This document shows positions 23,869 through 30,780 of a DNA stretch of 64,000 bases, in pieces. A model generated the notes under the pieces. That model ran no database searches and was not told where the DNA came from. It saw only the letters and a list, made by a program, of their open reading frames with translations. The stretch is from a virus, in IMG/VR virus record IMGVR_UViG_3300029868_000018; one strand, 5' to 3'. A program made the position numbers and the translations under genes. Position 1 is the first letter of the stretch, and each line of letters starts with the position of its first letter.

Positions 23869-24270
23869 CTATTCCTTGTCTAAAACAACATTTTTTATTT
23901 TATAGATATATCTTTCATTGAAAATATAGTAATTGTAACCTACAGGTATTAATATCTCAAGCTCTTTAAAGACCGCCATTGCTTTATAAAATTGGTTGCG
24001 CCCAATAATATCTTTATGCTTTTCATAACTCACAAAGGATCCTCCTGACTTGACATAGCTATCGGTTCTGTTTACACCATTGACAATGTTATGAAGCAAT
24101 CTACCGTCAACTCCATAGAAATCGGTGACAAACATTCTAAGCATTGTAGTCGAATAAGGTCGATATTGATTGGCGCTATACCCCCAATACTCAACGGAAT
24201 TGTTGTAGTAAACCTTTTTATATCTAGGAATCCAATACTTATCAACGATATGTAATAACCTTTTGTCCAT
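23869..24270 (-). CDS. hypothetical protein (first gene of the leftward operon)
   Basis: 133-aa track ORF. Confidence 0.65.
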   Translation of the reverse strand: MDKRLLHIVDKYWIPRYKKVYYNNSVEYWGYSANQYRPYSTTMLRMFVTDFYGVDGRLLHNIVNGVNRTDSYVKSGGSFVSYEKHKDIIGRNQFYKAMAVFKELEILIPVGYNYYIFNERYIYKIKNVVLDKE

Positions 24271-24335
24271 AAAAAAAAGACCTCTAAATAAAAAAAGCAG
24301 TGCATCTACTCACTACTTAAATTAAAAAGAGGTCT
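24271..24335 (-). promoter_or_regulatory. leader hairpin plus U7 abutting the start codon (attenuator/terminator-like)
   Basis: Minus strand: AGACCUCU (24335..24328), a 42-nt loop, AGAGGUCU (24285..24278), then U7 directly followed by AUG at 24270. Confidence 0.45.
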
Positions 24336-24377
24336 AATAATTTCTTTCATTGTTTTAAGTAGATGACAACAACGTTT

Positions 24378-24408
24378 CAAAGATAAAGCTTATAAATGGC
24401 ATTACAAA
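24378..24408 (-). promoter_or_regulatory. consensus leftward promoter TTTG-N19-TATCTTTG
   Basis: The minus strand reads TTTGTAATGCCATTTATAAGCTTTATCTTTG. It lies about 100 nt upstream of the ATG at 24270. Confidence 0.65.
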
Positions 24409-24411
24409 ACG

Positions 24412-24478
24412 TGAGAGTACCCTAAAGAGGTACTGTGGTGTTTTATCCAAACCTGAGAGTACCTTAAAGAGGTACAGT
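24412..24478. repeat. two copies of a 25-nt palindromic element (operator-like)
   Basis: TGAGAGTACCCTAAAGAGGTACTGT (24412..24436) and TGAGAGTACCTTAAAGAGGTACAGT (24454..24478). Arms are AGTACC/GGTACT, the period is 42 bp, and the first copy abuts the -33 box of the leftward promoter. Confidence 0.6.
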
Positions 24479-24587
24479 ACCCAATTCGGGATGCGCCCAT
24501 ATACAGCATACAACGACAGCGTTTTTTAAGCCAAAATAAAAATAATCCTATTACGTAGTATACGGAAAAGCAAGATTAGGCAAACAA

Positions 24588-24603
24588 ACTAACGCTCGTT
24601 AGT
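24588..24603. promoter_or_regulatory. 16-nt palindrome ACTAACG-CT-CGTTAGT
   Basis: 7-bp inverted arms with a 2-nt centre. More likely a protein-binding site than an RNA hairpin. Confidence 0.35.
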
Positions 24604-24612
24604 CTACAACAT

Positions 24613-24650
24613 TTATCCATTTGTAAACGGCTATATCCATTTGTAAACGG
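24613..24650. repeat. tandem 20-bp repeat, each unit a DnaA-box-like TTATCCA/ATATCCA plus CCATTTGTAAACGG
   Basis: TATCCATTTGTAAACGG occurs at 24614..24630 and again at 24634..24650. Confidence 0.7.
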
Positions 24651-25086
24651 GTAATAATTCATTTAAAGCGTTGTAAGCGTTTTTATACTGCTACGGCATA
24701 ATGTATTGATTCATTTGCAAAACGTTCAGAAATGATAACATCTGATTACGTGAGCGTATAAACTTACAGTTACTTGGAGCCACGAATACAAACGCTATTT
24801 ACAAATTGTTCGACTACTTATATGTTACGGCTTAGGGTAGGGGTATGGACGTCTTTGGCGCTGAGGGTATTCGCTTTCTCGCAATGGGGTGGGGTCGGTT
24901 TTGGTTTGCGGTTGCGAAAGTTTTTGAACTTTTTAAGCTCGTCGCGGTTGAGGTATCGAATTAACCTAATGTACTGTGAATGCTTGTTTTATAACGCCTG
25001 ACAATCGCGTATTTGTAAATGGTGCGGGGTATTATACTAATACGTAAACGTCACGCGGTTAATATCCTGCTGTTATGCGTTAACCG

Positions 25087-25284
25087 TTTGCAATGAGGTA
25101 AACGTTTACAATTGTATTGGTCAGATCTTCGCGCGCTCTTGCATTGCGTTATACTATTGCGTGACAACGTGAACACTCAGCGCAACGAATTACAACGCGT
25201 TCAACGGTTCAGGGGACAACGTGACCACTTCACGCGATTGAATGACAGAGAGTGACGGAAAACCTTTGCAATGTGAACGTTTAC
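25087..25284. repeat. cluster of dispersed direct repeats in the G+C-richer core of the non-coding region
   Basis: TTTGCAATG-N(2-5)-AACGTTTAC twice (25087..25109, 25265..25284). GACAACGTGAmCACT twice (25163, 25215). CAACG five times (25165-25221). Palindrome GTAAACGTTTAC at 25098..25109. Confidence 0.6.
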
Positions 25285-25328
25285 GCACGTTTGCACCACC
25301 AAAGCGCGGGTATCTTTAACTCTTTAAA

Positions 25329-25410
25329 TCGTTTGTCGTTTGGTGTTTGTTCGTTTGGTGTTTCGTTTGTAGTCTTGAATTGTTATGTGTTATTCGTTTG
25401 TAGTCGTTTG
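25329..25410. repeat. iteron-like cluster, TCGTTTG x6
   Basis: TCGTTTG at 25329, 25336, 25351, 25363, 25394 and 25404. Nested repeats TCGTTTGGTGTTT x2 and TTCGTTTGTAGTC x2. Confidence 0.7.
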
Positions 25411-25639
25411 TAAACGGTTAAGTGTTAGGTGTGTAGTTCGTCGGGTTTATGTTTGTTGTACTATAAATATGCGTTTTTGTAGTAGATTGTTGAGTGATTT
25501 AGTTGTTTAGTTTGTTGTATCGTTTCTTGTATTGCTTGTTAAGTGTTGTTGTCATTGGGTTGCAGGTCATTATATTTTTATTGCTTTTATTAGTTGTATA
25601 TACAGTTAAAGAGTTATCTTAGTACTATAATTAATTAAC

Positions 25640-25776
25640 GCTCTTATAAATATTTTGTTTCGAGATTTCAGCAAGCCAAACCGCACCGAGTAACTAGATA
25701 CGGACATAGACACTAGCAAAAGGGTATAGGAGGGTAAAAAAAGACTGTTATTAGTATAAGCATTATTTATAAGAGC
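25640..25776. repeat. perfect 13-nt inverted repeat bracketing the early-operon leader
   Basis: GCTCTTATAAATA (25640..25652) and TATTTATAAGAGC (25764..25776). The right arm ends 14 nt before the ATG at 25791. Confidence 0.6.
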
Positions 25777-25790
25777 ATAAAAAAAACATT

Positions 25791-25991
25791 ATGAAAATTT
25801 GCGACACATTAAACCAATTAAGTACTGAAGGGATTAAAAACGTACTATCTCAACACTCTCACGTATCTATTAAAACCATTGAAACAAGAAAGGACGCTTT
25901 AACAGTAGCGCAATTAAATATTAACGGAATTGAAAAGGGACTGTTAGGTATTGACGAGATAGAATTTATTATTGAGTTAAGCGGAGAATAA
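25791..25991 (+). CDS. hypothetical early protein (first gene of the rightward block)
   Basis: 66-aa track ORF. Confidence 0.55.
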   Translation: MKICDTLNQLSTEGIKNVLSQHSHVSIKTIETRKDALTVAQLNINGIEKGLLGIDEIEFIIELSGE

Positions 25992-26027
25992 AAACAATTA
26001 AATTTATAAACCTTAATACTATATAAT

Positions 26028-26342
26028 ATGAAAACTTTAAATTTTACACAGTTACGACGATTATTTATTACAATGTTAATCCTTTTAGTTTGCGCAGTAG
26101 CAGCAGCACAAGACACGACGAGAGCGAAAACACAGTATAAAGTCGTTAATAATGAAATAGTAAGAGTTACACCCGCGAGAGTTAAAACGCCCCCAACAAT
26201 AACGGAATATACTTTTACAATTAAAGATATTGTTTACCCTGTTTATAAAAGTAGTCGAGGCAGTTATTTTATTATTCGAGTAGCTAAGAAAAGCGGAAAA
26301 ACTAGAAAGCAATATTTTGATAAAGCAATCTTTAAAAATTAA
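26028..26342 (+). CDS. small secreted/basic protein
   Basis: 104 aa with a signal-peptide-like LFITMLILLVCAVAAAQ. Confidence 0.6.
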   Translation: MKTLNFTQLRRLFITMLILLVCAVAAAQDTTRAKTQYKVVNNEIVRVTPARVKTPPTITEYTFTIKDIVYPVYKSSRGSYFIIRVAKKSGKTRKQYFDKAIFKN

Positions 26343-26345
26343 GCT

Positions 26346-26489
26346 ATGACAACCGAATACGTTATAAAAAAACTAATTAACGGAGAAACCGTTTTAGTAA
26401 AAGAAGAACAACGAATCGAGGTAAGAAACAAATTAAGAAGTATAAAAAAGAATTGTACAATAGTTTTATCTCAGATTAAAAACGATTAA
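26346..26489 (+). CDS. 47-aa ORF not in the track
   Basis: ATG 26346 to TAA 26489 (MTTEYVIKKLINGETVLVKEEQRIEV..). Confidence 0.4.
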   Translation: MTTEYVIKKLINGETVLVKEEQRIEVRNKLRSIKKNCTIVLSQIKND

Positions 26490-26515
26490 AAACGTAATTA
26501 ACTCCCCTTAATTAC

Positions 26516-26564
26516 TCCCTGCATAAATGTATTAAGATTTTTACCTTTCGATAGGATGCAGGGA
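26516..26564 (+). promoter_or_regulatory. intergenic hairpin (9-bp stem)
   Basis: TCCCTGCAT pairs with ATGCAGGGA around a 31-nt loop. Preceded by the tandem TAATTA(A)CTCCC x2 and followed by AACAACAACAA. Confidence 0.4.
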
Positions 26565-26587
26565 ACTAACAACAACAATTTGATATT

Positions 26588-26797
26588 ATGAAAAAGTTAA
26601 CAGCCGTACAATTTAATCTTCTTGAATTGATACGTAAATACCGCCCCGAAAATGGAATATTTGAGTATGAAGAAATTAAAAAAGCTTGTGATTTTAAGAG
26701 CTTCGACGGTTCATTTAATGCCCTGCTATTTAAAGGACATATAAAACATTTTTCTACAACAGCCGACAAAAACACTTTCATAACAACAATAAAATGA
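26588..26797 (+). CDS. hypothetical early protein
   Basis: 69-aa track ORF. Confidence 0.55.
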   Translation: MKKLTAVQFNLLELIRKYRPENGIFEYEEIKKACDFKSFDGSFNALLFKGHIKHFSTTADKNTFITTIK

Positions 26798-26997
26798 AAA
26801 CACGTAAACAATTAACGCGAGTAATTAAAGCCCTTATTTTTATCTTAGTTATTCTTTTAACCTTGTTTTTATCCGCGCTTTATATAGGGCGAGAAGCGGC
26901 AAACTTCAATACTTTTATATTATTTGCAATCATTATAATGATTAATATTTACCTGATAATATACTATAACAATAAACTAACTAAAACTTATCATTAA
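26794..26997 (+). CDS. small membrane protein (2 TM)
   Basis: 67-aa track ORF, hydrophobic, with an ATGA overlap to the upstream gene. Confidence 0.55.
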   Translation: MKTRKQLTRVIKALIFILVILLTLFLSALYIGREAANFNTFILFAIIIMINIYLIIYYNNKLTKTYH

Positions 26998-27008
26998 AAC
27001 CAAATACC

Positions 27009-27158
27009 ATGAACAATTCAATTTATTTATACTTCAAATTAATAGAAAGAACTTACAACGGTGATTTTTTAACCGATAAAGAAACCTCATTCATTGAGCG
27101 CACAGAGTACAGAGCGCAAGCAAACCACCAATTTAATATGAATAATTCAGCAATTTAA
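27009..27158 (+). CDS. 49-aa ORF not in the track
   Basis: ATG 27009 to TAA 27158 (MNNSIYLYFKLIERTYNGDF..). Confidence 0.4.
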   Translation: MNNSIYLYFKLIERTYNGDFLTDKETSFIERTEYRAQANHQFNMNNSAI

Positions 27159-27164
27159 AACGCC

Positions 27165-27335
27165 ATGAAAACAACCGCAACAGGCTACAGACTAAATAAA
27201 AACGGAGCTATAATAAAAGGTATTGAAAAGGACGCAATTAAAAAAACTGTTTTTTCAGGAAATGTAATAAAAGAAGAAGGTGTTTATTACTTCTTTAACA
27301 GGAAGCAAGGCAAAACCTACATTTATTTAAGTTAA
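27165..27335 (+). CDS. 56-aa ORF not in the track
   Basis: ATG 27165 to TAA 27335 (MKTTATGYRLNKNGAIIKGIEK..). Confidence 0.4.
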   Translation: MKTTATGYRLNKNGAIIKGIEKDAIKKTVFSGNVIKEEGVYYFFNRKQGKTYIYLS

Positions 27336-27453
27336 CAATTTAAAGCTATGACACCAACAGAGCGCAAAGCCTATATAATTTTAGTAATTACGCTTTTAAT
27401 TATAGGTATAGGAACAATTTAAAAACAAATAACAACAACAAAATAAATTTATC

Positions 27454-27900
27454 ATGAACACATTAGCAACATTAAGAAAGCAAGCCGAAAGAGTAAACAA
27501 ATTCTTTAATAAAAAAGTTTTTGAAATAGGGCAAAGAAACGGTTTTAAATACTTTGATTTCGTAGATCATAACAAAAGCCCACTATTTAACAGCGCATTA
27601 TCTAACAAGGTATTAAGTGAGAATATAAGCGCATTTTATGAAGGTCTAATCTTTAAATTAACCGACAGAAAAACAATTCATTTTATTTGTACCGTAAATG
27701 ATAGTATTAATAATTATGATGAAATAGCCTCCTATTATTGTGATGTTTATACGGTAGAGGAAGCGAAAACATATTTTTTAAATCATAGTTTTATTAAAAA
27801 GCACATGGGGCGCGAACGCTACCAAATAAGCATAAAACAAAACCCTATTTTATTGCAAGATTCGCACGAATATTTAAAAAACTGGACAAAACTAAAATAA
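27454..27900 (+). CDS. hypothetical early protein
   Basis: 148-aa track ORF. Confidence 0.65.
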   Translation: MNTLATLRKQAERVNKFFNKKVFEIGQRNGFKYFDFVDHNKSPLFNSALSNKVLSENISAFYEGLIFKLTDRKTIHFICTVNDSINNYDEIASYYCDVYTVEEAKTYFLNHSFIKKHMGRERYQISIKQNPILLQDSHEYLKNWTKLK

Positions 27901-27922
27901 GCCAACTTTAAAAACCGCAGCC

Positions 27923-28045
27923 ATGACAGACTTAAAAATATTAGAGCAACTTTTAAACGGTTATCATTTAGAACCGTTGGAACTGATACGAGCAAAGCAA
28001 ATAATTGCAAAGCTTGAAAACGAAGTAAACAACCGTAAAATATAA
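27923..28045 (+). CDS. 40-aa ORF not in the track
   Basis: ATG 27923 to TAA 28045 (MTDLKILEQLLNGYHLEPLELIRAKQ..). Confidence 0.35.
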   Translation: MTDLKILEQLLNGYHLEPLELIRAKQIIAKLENEVNNRKI

Positions 28046-28050
28046 AAAAT

Positions 28051-28098
28051 TGTTGTTGTTAAGGGGCAGAAGCCACAAGCCAAAGCCCCGACAACAGC
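28051..28098 (+). repeat. intergenic hairpin repeat, copy 1 (TGTTGT..GGGGC-loop-GCCCC..ACAACA)
   Basis: GGGGC (28063..28067) pairs with GCCCC (28085..28089), extended by TGTTGT/ACAACA. A-tracts flank both sides. Confidence 0.6.
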
Positions 28099-28125
28099 GA
28101 AAAAACAAACCTAAAATAAAATATC

Positions 28126-29046
28126 ATGGAAACAGCAACAGCAGAAAACACCTATAAAAAATATTGCCCTAATGTATTTGTGGCAAAATGTACAGGAAAG
28201 CACGAAAAAGGGGAAACTATTATTTTAACCACCAAATACGGACAGGAGCATGAATGTGAGGTACACAATTATCTAGGCAAAACGGCAGACGGTTTTTATT
28301 TGTATTCTATTACAAGGCGCGACGGTTTTAATAGTCAAGAAAGAGCCAAGAAAAAAGCCGAAAAGTTAAACGGTTATGCAAGCAACGCAGAAAAAAGAAG
28401 TACAGAGGCTTACAAAAAATCTGATATGTCAGAAAATGCAACAGGTATTCCATTCGGTCAGCCTATTTTAATAGGACACCACAGCGAAAGAAGACACCGT
28501 AAAACCATTGAAAGAGCATGGGCGCAAATGGGTAAAAGTGTTGAAGAAAGCGAAAAAGCAAAAGACTATATAAATAGGGCCGAATATTGGGAAAGAAAAG
28601 CCAAAGATATTAATTTATCTATGCCCGAAAGTTTAAGTTTTTACGAATTTAAGCTATTAGAAGCCACTAAGGAGCATAAAAATTTAAAAGACAACCCAAG
28701 CCAAAGAGTGCACAGTTACTCATTAACCTATGCAGGTAAAAGAGTAAAAGACGCAAAGAAAAATATAGATTTAGCTGTTAAACTTTGGGGAACTGATGAA
28801 GAAATACAGCTAATTAACAGGGAGAAAGAAGAAGAAGCCAAAGCCAAGACAGGAAAAAAGAAGATTGATTTAATTGCAAAATATGGCGGATTTTTCTTTT
28901 TTGGTTCAGATGCAGAAGCTTTTAAAGTAAAGTATAACGTAATTTTAGAAGCGGGACACGTTGAAGAAGGGGAAAAAGTACAGCACGTAAAAGCAGGGTT
29001 ATACTTGCCCTCTAAAAATGTAAGCTCATTTATTAACGATCTATAA
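28126..29046 (+). CDS. DUF3560-like protein
   Basis: 306 aa. The GQPILIGHHSERRHRK core is what I recall for DUF3560 proteins of plasmids and conjugative elements. Confidence 0.5.
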   Translation: METATAENTYKKYCPNVFVAKCTGKHEKGETIILTTKYGQEHECEVHNYLGKTADGFYLYSITRRDGFNSQERAKKKAEKLNGYASNAEKRSTEAYKKSDMSENATGIPFGQPILIGHHSERRHRKTIERAWAQMGKSVEESEKAKDYINRAEYWERKAKDINLSMPESLSFYEFKLLEATKEHKNLKDNPSQRVHSYSLTYAGKRVKDAKKNIDLAVKLWGTDEEIQLINREKEEEAKAKTGKKKIDLIAKYGGFFFFGSDAEAFKVKYNVILEAGHVEEGEKVQHVKAGLYLPSKNVSSFINDL

Positions 29047-29057
29047 AAAACAATATT

Positions 29058-29273
29058 ATGATAAAGTTATTTAAAATAGCCTCTCTTAATGACGGTACAG
29101 AGAGATTTCAAACACAATTATCAATCGGAAGCGATACCGCGAACTTTATTCGTGAACCTAAAGGAAAAATGAAAGCCTACGGAAACGGAAAAAATGGATT
29201 TTCTTTTTACGAATACAATGAACCCTATCAAGTTGTTGATAATATAAAAGAAATGAGAACTCAAATACTTTAA
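29058..29273 (+). CDS. hypothetical early protein
   Basis: 71-aa track ORF. Confidence 0.55.
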   Translation: MIKLFKIASLNDGTERFQTQLSIGSDTANFIREPKGKMKAYGNGKNGFSFYEYNEPYQVVDNIKEMRTQIL

Positions 29274-29280
29274 AAAATAA

Positions 29281-29326
29281 TTGTTATTGATAGGGGCAGA
29301 GGATGAAACCAAAGCCCCGCAACAAC
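29281..29326 (+). repeat. intergenic hairpin repeat, copy 2
   Basis: TTGTT..GGGGCAGAGG..AACCAAAGCCCCG..AACAA, near-identical in the stem and loop edges to copy 1. Confidence 0.6.
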
Positions 29327-29341
29327 TAAAAACCTAAAATC

Positions 29342-29539
29342 ATGCATATAGAAGTAACAAACTCGACATTTCATAAAATTTTCATACCGTCAGATGATTT
29401 TCTAAATACAGAACATTTAGAAAGCGCTAGAAAACATCATTACTACAACGAAGACAGCGAACAAAGGGGAATTATAATATATAATTTCACAAGTAGTAAA
29501 ACCATAATACAATACTATTTAACAGATATTAACGCCTAA
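29342..29539 (+). CDS. hypothetical early protein
   Basis: 65-aa track ORF. Confidence 0.5.
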   Translation: MHIEVTNSTFHKIFIPSDDFLNTEHLESARKHHYYNEDSEQRGIIIYNFTSSKTIIQYYLTDINA

Positions 29540-29550
29540 AAAACAACATC

Positions 29551-30096
29551 ATGAAAACAGCAACAAAAGAAAACGTAAAAACCACAACTTTAATAGTAAT
29601 CGAAAACGATTATAACGGAGACACCGCAGAACAAGAAAGAACCGAAGACATAAATTTGATAGTTAATGAAATAAATGTTTTTTGTGAAATATCGAACCGC
29701 GATTTTATAAACATAGTCGAACAGGAAAAAAGATATGCAGGAGAAAAGGAAGATTATAAAAATAGTATTCAGGTAAATGCAAAAGGCTATTCTCAAAGCG
29801 ACTGGCAAGATTATACTCTTTATTATAACGAAAAAGAGCTAAAAACACCACAGCAAAGAATGTATTTTAGTGATTTAGTGAAACATTTGGAAAGGTCATT
29901 TACTCACAATAATAATTATCAAGCCAATCAATTTGAAGTAGTAGAAATCGACGGCAAAAAATTTAAAGGAGAAAGTGAGGAAGATTATTATTTTTCAATT
30001 ACTCATGACGAATTTCCTGACAAAGAAGAAGTAAAAAAATCTTTCACAGAAATTTACGGAGAAGATTTTGATAAAATAGAAATTAATATAAACTAA
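29551..30096 (+). CDS. hypothetical acidic early protein
   Basis: 181-aa track ORF, Glu/Asp-rich. Confidence 0.65.
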   Translation: MKTATKENVKTTTLIVIENDYNGDTAEQERTEDINLIVNEINVFCEISNRDFINIVEQEKRYAGEKEDYKNSIQVNAKGYSQSDWQDYTLYYNEKELKTPQQRMYFSDLVKHLERSFTHNNNYQANQFEVVEIDGKKFKGESEEDYYFSITHDEFPDKEEVKKSFTEIYGEDFDKIEININ

Positions 30097-30098
30097 TC

Positions 30099-30350
30099 AT
30101 GGGAGTAAAACACATTTTAAAAGTCCAGACGCACGAATTATTGAATAATGCTAATATCCCGCAATCATTAGACGATAACAGAAACAAAGCATTAAGAAGC
30201 GGGGCAATAGTTAAAGACGCAATAAAAGAGGGCGACATGGAAACCGCGAAAGCTATTTTAATTTGCACCCTTGAAAATATAATTTATGATTTGAAGCCCT
30301 TAACAGGTAACGGGAAAAAGACCGCAAATCAATTAAGAAGAATTTTATAA
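30099..30350 (+). CDS. hypothetical early protein
   Basis: 83-aa track ORF. Confidence 0.6.
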   Translation: MGVKHILKVQTHELLNNANIPQSLDDNRNKALRSGAIVKDAIKEGDMETAKAILICTLENIIYDLKPLTGNGKKTANQLRRIL

Positions 30351-30361
30351 AAAACAACATT

Positions 30362-30685
30362 ATGAAAAATCAATTCACAGAAGCAGAAAACCGAATTTTA
30401 ACCGAAACATACCGACGGCTTAACTATCTAGCTAAAGGCGATTTAAACAGCCGTTTATTATTATTAGAATTTCCTTCAAATGTAAAAACTTTAAAAGCTA
30501 AAGGAATTTTAAAGCCTAGTAGCTCAGAAACTCCAAAAATTATTAATTGGTATAATTTAACCGAGAAAGGAAAAGAACTATTTAAAACCCGTATTGTAAA
30601 AATTAGCAGTAAAAGAAATTTACAATTATTTGAAGGTAACGAGGTAATGAATTTTAATAAAAACGAAACTATACAAAATTACTAA
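30362..30685 (+). CDS. hypothetical early protein
   Basis: 107-aa track ORF. Confidence 0.6.
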   Translation: MKNQFTEAENRILTETYRRLNYLAKGDLNSRLLLLEFPSNVKTLKAKGILKPSSSETPKIINWYNLTEKGKELFKTRIVKISSKRNLQLFEGNEVMNFNKNETIQNY

Positions 30686-30691
30686 ATATAC

Positions 30692-30744
30692 GTTGTTGTT
30701 TTTGAGGGGGAAACGGGTAAAACTATGACCCCCGAAAACAGCAA
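30692..30744 (+). repeat. intergenic hairpin repeat, copy 3
   Basis: GTTGTTGTTTTTGA-GGGGG-loop-CCCCC-GAAAACA. Shares the leader ATATACGTTGTTGTT with the element at 35940. Confidence 0.55.
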
Positions 30745-30780
30745 AGCAAAGCCCACGAAAAAACAACAAAATACAACGAT

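Noticed and set aside
24860-24925. G-runs (GGGTAGGGGTATGG, GGGGTGGGGTCGG) as G-quadruplex motifs
   Set aside because: There are only two long G-tracts per cluster, and the other tracts are GG. That is not enough for a confident four-tract quadruplex.
24774-25001. 75-aa track ORF inside the non-coding control region
   Set aside because: It starts at TTG and has no ATG. The peptide is low-complexity and Arg/Leu-rich. It lies in repeat-dense, G+C-richer DNA and is not packed against any neighbouring gene.
24613-25410. Tandem and clustered repeats as a possible CRISPR array
   Set aside because: There are only two copies of the 17-mer, with a 3-nt spacer, and the 7-mer iterons are irregularly spaced. 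There is no repeat-spacer periodicity of 25-40 nt, and no cas genes.
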